This document shows, in pieces, positions 17,909 through 27,256 of a stretch of 64,000 nucleotides of DNA (position 1 is its first letter; every line of letters begins with the position of its first letter). Source of the stretch: an uncultured Bacteroidales bacterium. GTDB lineage: Bacteria > Bacteroidota > Bacteroidia > Bacteroidales > UBA932. The stretch covers positions 726-64,725 of the forward strand of contig CAMHTE010000001.1 in NCBI GenBank assembly GCA_946187975.1, written 5' to 3'. The position numbers were made by a program, and so were the translations under genes. The notes beneath the pieces were generated by a model that was not told the DNA's origin, did no database searches, and saw nothing but the letters and a program-made list of their open reading frames with translations.

Positions 17909-19519
17909 TTATCTCAATTTAAGGCAGATTCCGGCGGTAAAGAACGGCCCTTCCGCACAATGCGTCGGAGACAGTGCGATGCAGTGGTTGAGCATGTTGC
18001 CGGCCTGTGCCCAGAACGAAATCCCATTCAGCAGATAATACTCTCCGCAGAATCCGAGGTCCACCCATCCATCCACGGGATTAACCGCGGAACGGCGCTC
18101 TCCGGAAGCCTCGAAGCGGACTCCTGCAGCCACCCGGCCGTTCCAGTTATAAAGGGCCTTTCCGCCGCAGCGGATATGGGGCAGGTCGAGCCATGCGGCC
18201 CCGTCGGCGGCATCCGTATTGCGCCAGCCGAGACGGAAGTCCACATCCAGCCTCTCGGTCTTCCACGCCAAAAGTGCGTCGGCGTACCAGTTACGGTAAT
18301 TGACATACATTATTCCGCAGTCAAGCAGTGCAGGATCGATTGCATTGGCGGTCAGGATACCGGCGGGAGCATCGGCTATCGATGCATAGCCGCCCTTGAC
18401 CGAATACTGAAGATAGCGGAAGGCCACGCCGCTCAGCGAAAGGCCGGCGTCGTAACGGACGACGGTCGTGGCGAGGTCGGCGGTGTATGTGGGATTGAAC
18501 CAGTGGTCCTCATTCTTGAAGGAGCCATAGGTATTTGCCTTCCTGCCTCCTGTAAGATAGGCGGCCGCCTCCATGTCGCCCCTCATAAGGCGCGCGGATA
18601 CGCGGAGGTCGGGCGCAACGCCCAGACCGTCGGATCCGGCATGAAGCACCATACCGCCCTGCAGACGTAGGAAATCGTATTCATAAACTACTTTTGGCGC
18701 GATGTTGTAGCAGAGCATCGGATCGTATGCCTTTGAGGCATAGAAAGCTCCCTCGAAGCCGAAGTCGATCAGCACGTCCACAGGCAGCATGAGCCTGGGC
18801 ATGAAGCTTCCCGATGCATGTAGGGCGGTCTCTCGTATGTGACCTTTGGTCGCTCCGATGAGATGGTCGTCGGTATAGGACGCTCCGGCATTGATGTCGT
18901 ACGATACGGGCGACTCGTTATTGGACAGGATATGCCCGTTCAGGACCACTCCGTTGCTATTCGAAGTCCACTCGGAATCCTTAGTGAACAGCCCCTTGTA
19001 TGCAAGGCTGCCGGAAAGGTCGTATTTGACGTTATTGAGCCTGAAATCGGCCCCGGCCGTCTCGGAAAGGTCACGGCCATTGAAACTGCGTGCGTCCACC
19101 GCCGAAATGTACTGACCTGCATAGCCGTGGAAATCCTGGAAGAGGGATCCGCGGAGCAGTCCCTTGGGTTTTACTGCGTAAACTCCCTGAAGCACGGGAT
19201 GGAAGGCGTAACCGGCCCCGGCACGGAGATAGGCGCGGGAAGCGCCGTTGTCCCTGACCTCGGGAGCGACTGAAATGCGGTAAGGATGGAACTCATAGGA
19301 GCCCTTGTATTCGGTACGGAACACCTTGTAATCGACGGAAGTACGGAATTCCGACAGGCTGTCGGGAACCTCGAGGGCCACGCCCTTCTTGGCGGCCTCC
19401 CCCATGCGGGCTTCGTAATCGTTGGTCACCTGCACCTGCGGATTCAGGTTCTGTGCGGACATGCCGGCGCAGGCCAGCAGTGAGGCGGCGCAAATAAGGT
19501 ATCTGTTCAAAAGATTCAT
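17909..19519 (-). CDS. Uncharacterised outer-membrane beta-barrel protein (often labelled TonB-dependent receptor)
   Basis: Signal peptide, amphipathic beta-strand pattern throughout, C-terminal NMLN..GPFFTAGICLKL; coupled to the TPR gene. Confidence 0.6.
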   Translation of the reverse strand: MNLLNRYLICAASLLACAGMSAQNLNPQVQVTNDYEARMGEAAKKGVALEVPDSLSEFRTSVDYKVFRTEYKGSYEFHPYRISVAPEVRDNGASRAYLRAGAGYAFHPVLQGVYAVKPKGLLRGSLFQDFHGYAGQYISAVDARSFNGRDLSETAGADFRLNNVKYDLSGSLAYKGLFTKDSEWTSNSNGVVLNGHILSNNESPVSYDINAGASYTDDHLIGATKGHIRETALHASGSFMPRLMLPVDVLIDFGFEGAFYASKAYDPMLCYNIAPKVVYEYDFLRLQGGMVLHAGSDGLGVAPDLRVSARLMRGDMEAAAYLTGGRKANTYGSFKNEDHWFNPTYTADLATTVVRYDAGLSLSGVAFRYLQYSVKGGYASIADAPAGILTANAIDPALLDCGIMYVNYRNWYADALLAWKTERLDVDFRLGWRNTDAADGAAWLDLPHIRCGGKALYNWNGRVAAGVRFEASGERRSAVNPVDGWVDLGFCGEYYLLNGISFWAQAGNMLNHCIALSPTHCAEGPFFTAGICLKLR

Positions 19520-22467
19520 AGCGTGGCAAGTTTCTGGTTGACAGTTTCGAGGACGTCGTCGCCGTCCGGACCGGGATGGTAGCCGTCCCTGATGCTCTCC
19601 CAGGTGGCTTTGGCCTGGGCGGGATTGCCCTTAGCGGCGAACGCCTCACCCAACACGATGTAGGCCTTTGCAAGCCAGTAGGATTGCTCTCCGCATTTGC
19701 CGGCGAAGTCGAAGGCGGCTTTTTCCACCTTGTCGTACTCACCGCTGTCGCAATGGTTGCGTATGAGCATATAGGTAGCCTCGGCGCCCTCCGCGGTGGC
19801 GGGCTGCTGGGCAAGCTTTTCGAATATACGGAAGGCCTCGTCGCGACGGCTTGTGGCAAGCAGGCTCCTGGCCTCAATATAGTCGGCTTCGCGCTCGTCT
19901 TCGACCGAAGGCTGCGTGGAGCGGAACTCGCGTGCAGCTGCGATGGCATCCTCGTAGGAATGGCCGGCGAAGGCGGCCTTCATCCTGCCGCGTCTTGCGG
20001 CAAGCTTGTTCTCGTCCATCTTCGCTACCTCCAGGAGAGTTCCGTATCCGGAATAGGAATCGGCGTAATGCTCGAGTTCGTAGGAGATGCGTGCGTAATT
20101 GAGGGCGGCGCTTTCTGCGAAGGGTCCCTCCTTAAGCTCGTTGACGGCGGCAAGATAGGCTTCGCAGGCCTTCTCCTTATTGCCCAGGCCGCGGTACGAG
20201 TCGGCAAGGTAGAACCATGCGTCGCCGCGCTTCTCGGCAAGCGGATAATCGCCCAGGTATTTGAGCAGTGCCTCGGAAGCACGCTTGTAGTTGCCCGAAA
20301 GGTAAATCTGCTCGGCCGTATTGAAGTACACGCTCTCACGCTCGGCAGCCGTCTTTCCGATAGGAATGCCGTTGCTCTCGATGTATTCGAGGTACTTCTC
20401 AGGCTGGTTGGTGGTCTGGTAAATGGAATTGATGGCCATCAGGGCCTCTTCGGAGTATTCACTACCCGGCATCAGAGAGACCACCCCCTTGTAACGTGCG
20501 AGGGCCTGGTCGTAGTTCTGCATATTGCGGTAGGCCATTCCCTCCCCTATCATCGCCCTTGCGACCCAGGTCCTGTCGGAGGTGGACGATGCAAGGCGGG
20601 AGAAGGTTCCGACCGCAAGAGGATTCTTGTCTATGTCCATGTAGGCGCGCCCGAGTTCATACATAGCCTCGGGATACATGGGAGCGTCCGCGGAAGCGTT
20701 CTGCACCCTGGAGAGCACGGACACCTTCGACATCCTGTCGCCGGAAAGCCCGTAGGCTACCGCCTGCTGGTAATAAGGGTAGATGTCGTCAGGATCGTTG
20801 AACTCGTCGAGCACCTTTCCGTAGTTACGGACGGCAGCAAGATAGTCATGACGGGCGAAGTCGCAGTCGGCACGGCGCAGCATGGCGTCCTTGCGGGAAT
20901 ATGTGTCCTTGTCGGCGATGTATTTGTCGAGCCACTTCGAAGCGCCGTCATACTTTTTCTGGTTGAAGAGGGAGCAGCCTATGTTGTAAGTCAGCAGGGT
21001 GCCTTCCTGGCGTCCGTCCAGGGCGGAGAGGTTGTAGAGATCGTTATAGATGGCCGCAGCCTTTGCGTAGTCACCACTGGCGAAACTCGTTTCCGCGAGC
21101 CAGTAGCGGGAGAGCTGCCAGATGGGATCCTCCTTCGGAAGATAGAAGGACGCAGCCTGGAAATAGCGGGAAGCATCCGCCCACGAGCCTCCGGAGAGCA
21201 GCTGCCCGGCGCGGAGGTAGTTGGCCTTGGTGAAGTTAAGCTTCTGACCCTCGTCCAGCTCCTCTATGTTGGAATAGGCCTCGATAGCGGCGGCATAGTC
21301 CCTGGCATTCAGGGCCGCAATGGCCATATAATTGTAAATCTGCTCCTTACGCGCAGTCTGGGGATATTGCTGAAGATAGGCTCCGAAAACGGAGGTGTCG
21401 CCGTTGAGGTCGAAGCAAAGCTTGGCGTGATTGAAGAAGGCGTCTTCCTGGATGGCCGCGTCGTATCCGACTTCGGCGGCATCCTTGAAAGCATCGGCGG
21501 CCGCCACCTTGTTGCCGGTCTGGATATAGCTCCATCCGAGATTGTAGTTGGCAACCTGACCGAGCGAGTCGATGCGGCTCTCCATGCGGGAGAAGCTCGC
21601 GATGGCACCGGCATAATCCTGCACCGCAAACTTTACGGAACCGGCGTGGAAAAGGTCGGCGCGGGAGACTTCCTCAGGCTCCCCTTCCCTGTTATAGAAT
21701 TCAAGGGCCTTGACCTCGTCGCCAAGGACCATGTATGATTCGGAAATGATACGGGAAAGCCTCTGCTTGCGCTCCGCGGGAACCGCATCAAGCATTTCGG
21801 GGCCCTTTTCGGTTACATATGCGTAGTCCTTCTGCATGAAGCGGCATTCCAGTATGTAGTACTCGGCTAGTGTGCTGAAGCGGGCGTCGGAAGAAGCCTT
21901 GGAGAACCATTCAAGGGCGCTGCCGAACGATTTTTCGCTGTAATCGAGATATCCCAGCTGGTAGCTGGCGGCTGCGGTGAGGCGGCTGCCAGGCATGCCT
22001 TCAACCCTGGTCATCCATTCCCTGGCCTCGGCGGTCTTCCCGGCAACGGCGGCGCAGTATCCGCTCTTGTAACAATACTCGGCGACCTGCGAGAACTGGA
22101 GCCTGCTTTCATTGACCATGGCATAGTGCCCTGCGGCGGCTTCATATTCGCCGGTATCGAAAAGGTGCTGGCCTATCTCGAAGTGAATGGCCGAATTGAG
22201 CACGGATTCGGGATACCTGGCCTCGTAAGTTTTGAGCAGGTCGGGGTAATCGGAGCTGTGACTCTTAATAGCGCAAAGCAGTGCATACGCATCGGCGAGA
22301 GGGTCATTCAGACTCTCGAATAGCGTGCGCGCATGCTCGTAAATACCATTCTCATAAAGGTTTACGGCCTCGCGATACACCTGCGCATGCTCCTGCGCGC
22401 CCGCGCGTACGGGTGCCAGAAGAAATGCGGCGGCCGCCAAAATGGCCGACAAGGATGAAATTCTCAT
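19516..22467 (-). CDS. Large secreted tetratricopeptide-repeat protein
   Basis: Signal peptide (AGA-Q), many TPR helix pairs (A-x-Y-x-L-G..Y-x-x-A) over 983 aa. Confidence 0.85.
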   Translation of the reverse strand: MRISSLSAILAAAAFLLAPVRAGAQEHAQVYREAVNLYENGIYEHARTLFESLNDPLADAYALLCAIKSHSSDYPDLLKTYEARYPESVLNSAIHFEIGQHLFDTGEYEAAAGHYAMVNESRLQFSQVAEYCYKSGYCAAVAGKTAEAREWMTRVEGMPGSRLTAAASYQLGYLDYSEKSFGSALEWFSKASSDARFSTLAEYYILECRFMQKDYAYVTEKGPEMLDAVPAERKQRLSRIISESYMVLGDEVKALEFYNREGEPEEVSRADLFHAGSVKFAVQDYAGAIASFSRMESRIDSLGQVANYNLGWSYIQTGNKVAAADAFKDAAEVGYDAAIQEDAFFNHAKLCFDLNGDTSVFGAYLQQYPQTARKEQIYNYMAIAALNARDYAAAIEAYSNIEELDEGQKLNFTKANYLRAGQLLSGGSWADASRYFQAASFYLPKEDPIWQLSRYWLAETSFASGDYAKAAAIYNDLYNLSALDGRQEGTLLTYNIGCSLFNQKKYDGASKWLDKYIADKDTYSRKDAMLRRADCDFARHDYLAAVRNYGKVLDEFNDPDDIYPYYQQAVAYGLSGDRMSKVSVLSRVQNASADAPMYPEAMYELGRAYMDIDKNPLAVGTFSRLASSTSDRTWVARAMIGEGMAYRNMQNYDQALARYKGVVSLMPGSEYSEEALMAINSIYQTTNQPEKYLEYIESNGIPIGKTAAERESVYFNTAEQIYLSGNYKRASEALLKYLGDYPLAEKRGDAWFYLADSYRGLGNKEKACEAYLAAVNELKEGPFAESAALNYARISYELEHYADSYSGYGTLLEVAKMDENKLAARRGRMKAAFAGHSYEDAIAAAREFRSTQPSVEDEREADYIEARSLLATSRRDEAFRIFEKLAQQPATAEGAEATYMLIRNHCDSGEYDKVEKAAFDFAGKCGEQSYWLAKAYIVLGEAFAAKGNPAQAKATWESIRDGYHPGPDGDDVLETVNQKLATL

Positions 22468-22490
22468 AGAATTATGATTTTTCCAATCTC

Positions 22491-22529
22491 CAAATATAAT
22501 AAAAATAACCCGAATTTAATGTATATTTG
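22491..22529. promoter_or_regulatory. Divergent Bacteroidota -7 promoter boxes
   Basis: TATATTTG on minus (22491-22498) and plus (22522-22529) strands. Confidence 0.7.
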
Positions 22530-22551
22530 CAGTGTTCAGAAGCATTTTTTT

Positions 22552-23223
22552 ATGGATAATCTTATCTCCTTCCGAAAGGCCGACATTTGTGCCGGCGACA
22601 ACGTGGTCGTTTACGGGTTGGATATGGACGTCGCCCCGGGTGAACGCGTGTATATAGTAGGCAAGGTCGGAACAGGCAAAACCTCCATCATACGCACGAT
22701 TACGGCCGAAAATGCCATCAGTGGAGGACATGGCGAAGTATGCGGATTCACCCTCGAAGGCATACGCTCCAGGGACATCCCGCGCCTGCGCCGCAAACTC
22801 GGCGTGGTGTTCCAGGATTTCCAGCTCCTGATGGACCGCAGCGTCCGCGACAACCTCGATTTCGTGCTCCGTGCCACGGGTTGGAAGGACCGCAAGGCCG
22901 CCGACGCCCGCATCGACGAGGTGCTGGAGGCAGTGGGAATGGAGACGAAGGCTCATAAGATGCCCCACCAGCTATCCGGAGGAGAGCAGCAGCGCATAGC
23001 CATCGCCAGGGCCATCCTGAACTCCCCCGAACTGATACTCGCGGACGAGCCCACCGGCAATCTCGACGGTGAAACCGCTTCCGGCATACTTGAACTTCTG
23101 GACAAACTCGGGAAGGAAAAGGGCACCGCGATAATCATGGTAACCCACAATCTGGATATAGTCGAACGCTACCCCGGCAGGGTATTCGTCTGCAGCGGGG
23201 AACGCTGCGAGGAGCAGGCATGA
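22552..23223 (+). CDS. FtsE-like ABC ATPase
   Basis: GKVGTGKT, LRRKLGVVFQDFQLL, LSGGEQQR, ADEPTGNLD; start at ATG 22552. Confidence 0.85.
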   Translation: MDNLISFRKADICAGDNVVVYGLDMDVAPGERVYIVGKVGTGKTSIIRTITAENAISGGHGEVCGFTLEGIRSRDIPRLRRKLGVVFQDFQLLMDRSVRDNLDFVLRATGWKDRKAADARIDEVLEAVGMETKAHKMPHQLSGGEQQRIAIARAILNSPELILADEPTGNLDGETASGILELLDKLGKEKGTAIIMVTHNLDIVERYPGRVFVCSGERCEEQA

Positions 23224-23855
23224 CGCGCAAAGACCGTTACGCAGCCATTCTGGACTACTTCCGGACCAATGTTCCGGTAGCGGAGTCGGAACTCCACTTC
23301 GACAGCGACTACCAGCTGCTGGTCGCCGTGATCCTTTCGGCCCAGTGCACCGACAAGCGCGTAAACCTCGTCACCCCGGCCCTCTTCGCCCGCTTTCCGG
23401 GCGTAAAGGAACTCTCAAAGGCCGAGCCGGAGGACGTCTTTCCCTATATTAAATCGGTTTCTTACCCCAACAACAAGGCACGCAACCTCGTAGCCATGGC
23501 GCGCAAGGTCATGGATTCATTCGGTGGCGATATTCCACACGATGTAGAAGGACTGATGTCGCTGCCGGGAGCAGGACGCAAAACCGCCAACGTAGTGGCC
23601 TCGGTGCTGTACAGCGAGCCTGTGATAGCAGTCGACACCCATGTATTCCGGGTTGCGCGACGCCTTGGACTCAGCCGCGGAACCACTCCGCGTGCGGTCG
23701 AACTGGATCTGGAGCGGAACATCCCGGAGGATATCCGCCCCATAGCCCATCACTGGCTGTTGCTGCACGGACGTTACGTGTGCAAATCGCAGAAACCCGC
23801 CTGCGCGTCATGCGCCCTGCGGGAATGGTGCGCTAGCCCACAAACTGCTTCTTGA
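23220..23855 (+). CDS. nth: Endonuclease III
   Basis: LSAQCTD, HhH LPGAGRKTAN, AVDTH, C-x6-C-x2-C-x5-C Fe-S motif. Confidence 0.95.
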   Translation: MTRKDRYAAILDYFRTNVPVAESELHFDSDYQLLVAVILSAQCTDKRVNLVTPALFARFPGVKELSKAEPEDVFPYIKSVSYPNNKARNLVAMARKVMDSFGGDIPHDVEGLMSLPGAGRKTANVVASVLYSEPVIAVDTHVFRVARRLGLSRGTTPRAVELDLERNIPEDIRPIAHHWLLLHGRYVCKSQKPACASCALREWCASPQTAS

Positions 23856-25494
23856 GAGCTTCTATCTTATCGTCCGCGTCGGCGCCCTTTGCACCGAAAT
23901 AGAACTTGATCTTGGGTTCCGTTCCCGAAGGACGGACCGACACCACGTCACCCGCCGCATCGAAGAACTGCAGGACGTTGCTCGAAGGCTGTCCGGTCTT
24001 CTCGGGTTCCAGATAATCCACCACCCTGGTAACGGGCGAGCCGCACATCTCGGCAGGAGGATTGGAACGGAAGGACGTCATCATGTCCGCGATCTCCTGC
24101 GAACCGCTGATACCCTTGCGGACTATGTAAACCATATCTTCCTTTCGGTATCCGAAACGGGAATAAATCTCCTGCAGAAGCCCGTAGAGGGTGAGTCCGC
24201 GGTCGGCAGCCCATGCGGCGCACTCCGCGACCATCATGCAGGCGACCTGCGCATCCTTGTCCCGTACGAACTGGCCTACGTTGAAGCCGTAACTCTCCTC
24301 TCCCCCGCAGATGAACTCTCCGTCCGGCTCGTTGCGCTTGACCACCTCTGCGATGTACTTGAATCCGGTCAGCACGTCGTGGCAGGGAACCTTGAATCCT
24401 TCCGCAATCTCGCGGAGAAGCTCGGTGGTGACTATGGTCTTTACGATGTATTTCCCCTTTCCGAGAGTGCCGAGTTCGGAGCGGCGCGACAGTATGTAAT
24501 AAGTGAGCAGCGAGGCAGTCTGGTTGCCGTTCAGCTGGAGCATCTTGCCGTCGGCATCGCGCACCGCGATTCCAAGCCTGTCGGCGTCAGGATCGGTGGC
24601 CATGACTATGTCGGCGCCCTCGCGGTCGGCGGCTTCCAGGGCCATCTTCATAGCCGAACGCTCCTCCGGGTTGGGGGATGCTACCGTGGGGAAGTTTCCG
24701 TCGCTGACATCCTGCTCGGGAATATGAACTATCTTATTGAATCCCAGGCGTTTGAGCACCTCGGGAACAAGCCTTACGCCGCAGCCGTGGAGCGGGGTGT
24801 ACACGAACTTGATGTCCTTATGCCTTGCGCAGGAATCGGGGCTGAGCGAAAGGGACAGCAGGTCGCGCAGGTAGCACTCGTCCACGTCAGCTCCCATGGT
24901 CAGGATCTCGCCGCAGCGGAGCCCGGCCTCGAACCGGACCATCGAAGGGTCGGTAATCTTGTTGACCTCGGCCACTATATCCTTGTCGACCGGCGAGGTA
25001 ATCTGACCTCCGTCGGACCAGAACACCTTGTAGCCGTTATATTCCTTGGGATTGTGCGACGCAGTAATCATGGCACCGGCGATAGCGCCCTTCAGGCGTA
25101 TGGCATAGCTGAGTTCGGGCGTAGGACGGATATTGTCGAAGATGTACACGTCGATGCCGTTGGCGGACATTACGCGGGCTGCTATGCGGGCGAACTCCTT
25201 ACTGTTCAGACGGCTGTCGTACGAGATGCAGAAACAGGGCTTATCCTCCTTGCAATGGGCCAGGATGTAGTTTGCAAGCCCCTGGGTGGCCATTCCAACC
25301 GTGTATTTGTTCATTCGGTTGGTGCCCACTCCCATGATACCGCGGAGACCTCCGGTGCCGAATTCCAGATTCTTGTAGAACGCGTCCTCGAAGGCCGCAG
25401 GGTCGGAATTGCGCAATTCGACTATCTTCACTTTGGTTTCGGGATCGAAGTCTCCCGTGAGCCACGATTCGGCTCTGCTCAGGTAATCAGACAT
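23833..25494 (-). CDS. Phosphoglucomutase/phosphomannomutase
   Basis: FGTGGLRG, TASHNP, DPDADR, GGEESYG, RPSGTEPKIK. Confidence 0.92.
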   Translation of the reverse strand: MSDYLSRAESWLTGDFDPETKVKIVELRNSDPAAFEDAFYKNLEFGTGGLRGIMGVGTNRMNKYTVGMATQGLANYILAHCKEDKPCFCISYDSRLNSKEFARIAARVMSANGIDVYIFDNIRPTPELSYAIRLKGAIAGAMITASHNPKEYNGYKVFWSDGGQITSPVDKDIVAEVNKITDPSMVRFEAGLRCGEILTMGADVDECYLRDLLSLSLSPDSCARHKDIKFVYTPLHGCGVRLVPEVLKRLGFNKIVHIPEQDVSDGNFPTVASPNPEERSAMKMALEAADREGADIVMATDPDADRLGIAVRDADGKMLQLNGNQTASLLTYYILSRRSELGTLGKGKYIVKTIVTTELLREIAEGFKVPCHDVLTGFKYIAEVVKRNEPDGEFICGGEESYGFNVGQFVRDKDAQVACMMVAECAAWAADRGLTLYGLLQEIYSRFGYRKEDMVYIVRKGISGSQEIADMMTSFRSNPPAEMCGSPVTRVVDYLEPEKTGQPSSNVLQFFDAAGDVVSVRPSGTEPKIKFYFGAKGADADDKIEALKKQFVG

Positions 25495-25498
25495 AGTG

Positions 25499-27256
25499 TT
25501 ATTGATTTTTAAGATGTTTCAGCCAGAAAATATGGTCTTCATCGCGGGAATGGGCGGCCTGCTTTCCGCGGTAGCCGTGCATTCCGTCGGGATATATCAT
25601 CAGTGAGAACTGCCTGCCGGCCTTCTGCAGCGCGTCCACCAGCTGCAGCGTGTTCTGGAAGTGGACGTTGTCGTCGCCGGTGCCGTGGGTAAGCTTGAGC
25701 GCGACGGAATCGTCGAGCCTTCCGGCATAGTCCAGGACCCTGCACCGGGCAAATCCGTCAGGGTTAAGGTCGGGGGTGAGCATGAAACGCTCGGTATAAT
25801 GGGAGTCGTACAGCGTCCAGTCGTACACTCCCCCTCCGGCTATACCGCAGCGGAACACGTCTCCGTGGCACAGCAGAAGCATGGCCGTCATGGTTCCCCC
25901 GAACGAGAATCCTTCGACGCCGAAATGTTCGGAATCCACCCATGGCTGGGCCTTGGCCCATTCCGCCCAGGTCAGGAAATCCTTCAGAGGTATGGTAGTC
26001 ACGTCCTTGAACGACAGGTCGGTACCCGCCCTGCCCGTATGTCCGGCCACGCGGCTGTCAACGAAAATATGGATGATCCCGTTATCGCTCCACCACTGGT
26101 CGGGATTACGCCAGCGGTCGACGACATAGGCATTGTCCGGTCCTCCGTAAACCTCGAAATGGACAGGATATCTCATGGAGGGATCGAAATCCTTCGGAAG
26201 AAGAATACTGCCGTACATCTCCTGCCCGTCTTCGGCGGGAGTGGACACTATGCGCGGCAGGGCCAGGCTGTCCGCGGGAAGTTCGGGCGGGCATACCTTC
26301 GAAGCAGCCGTCCATTCGAAAGGTTTGGTCCTGAGGTTGGAAAGGCTGGCCTTCCAGTTGCGGCAGTTGCCGGCGGGCACTTCAGCCCTGTCGACATTGT
26401 ATTGCAGGGGCGTGAGCGCGGTAATTCTGCCCCTGCGGTCCAGGCGATAGAGGGTCGAGCGGACGCGGGAATCGCGCTGGGCCGTAAAATATATGTCTCC
26501 CTTCTTTGCATCGCGTGCCAGAAGGCGCATGCGCCAGTTTTCTCCCGTGGTGAGCTGCTTCAGCACCTTTCCGTCGAAAGAAAGATACCATATCTGCTCC
26601 CATCCCGTCTTGAAACTGCGCACCATGTAGAGTCCGGTGTCCGAGAAGAGCATGCCTTCGATCCAATCCAGCCATGTATCGCTGTGCTCGGAATATACAC
26701 ACTCCTTGCTGCCGTCGGAGGCGTCCACCCTGAACATGCCCAGGTCCTGCTGCACGCGTGGCTCCCTCTGGACATACAAATAGCGGCTGTCGGCCGACCA
26801 GAAAGGCGTTCCGAAATACTGATCCTCGTTTTCGTCGAAGTCAGCCCAGACTATCGAGCCGTCAGAGAGATCGACTATGCCTATACGCACCCCGGGGTTG
26901 GGCTCCCCCACCTTGGGATAGCGGGTCAGAGTAAGTTTGCCGTCCTGTCCGAACGGGGACCATATGGGGAATTCCGGCACACGCGTATTGTCGAATCGGT
27001 AGAAAGCTATACGCTTGGAGTCGGGGCTCCACCAGAATGCACGGTAGCGCGAGGGGCGGCCGAAAATCTCTTCGTAATAAACCCAGGAGGCCCGGCCGTT
27101 AAGGATCAGGTCCGACCCGTCGTGAGTCAGGCGTGTTTCCGCTCCGGTGGCATTTTCCTTAACGTAAAGGTCGTTGTCGATGGTATATGCCACCCTGGAC
27201 GAGTCGGGCGACCAGGTAAGGTTGAGTACGGCAAGAAGTGTAAAAAGGAGATTCAT
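25499..27256 (-). CDS. S9B (DPP-IV family) peptidase, N-terminally shortened
   Basis: WVYYEEI, WWSPD, YPKVG, VYGGP, GFSFGG, YTERFM, DDNVH, GMHG. Confidence 0.9.
   Translation of the reverse strand: MNLLFTLLAVLNLTWSPDSSRVAYTIDNDLYVKENATGAETRLTHDGSDLILNGRASWVYYEEIFGRPSRYRAFWWSPDSKRIAFYRFDNTRVPEFPIWSPFGQDGKLTLTRYPKVGEPNPGVRIGIVDLSDGSIVWADFDENEDQYFGTPFWSADSRYLYVQREPRVQQDLGMFRVDASDGSKECVYSEHSDTWLDWIEGMLFSDTGLYMVRSFKTGWEQIWYLSFDGKVLKQLTTGENWRMRLLARDAKKGDIYFTAQRDSRVRSTLYRLDRRGRITALTPLQYNVDRAEVPAGNCRNWKASLSNLRTKPFEWTAASKVCPPELPADSLALPRIVSTPAEDGQEMYGSILLPKDFDPSMRYPVHFEVYGGPDNAYVVDRWRNPDQWWSDNGIIHIFVDSRVAGHTGRAGTDLSFKDVTTIPLKDFLTWAEWAKAQPWVDSEHFGVEGFSFGGTMTAMLLLCHGDVFRCGIAGGGVYDWTLYDSHYTERFMLTPDLNPDGFARCRVLDYAGRLDDSVALKLTHGTGDDNVHFQNTLQLVDALQKAGRQFSLMIYPDGMHGYRGKQAAHSRDEDHIFWLKHLKNQ

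Noticed and set aside
19576-21738. 720-aa plus-strand ORF
   Set aside because: Antisense to the TPR gene; shadow-ORF composition
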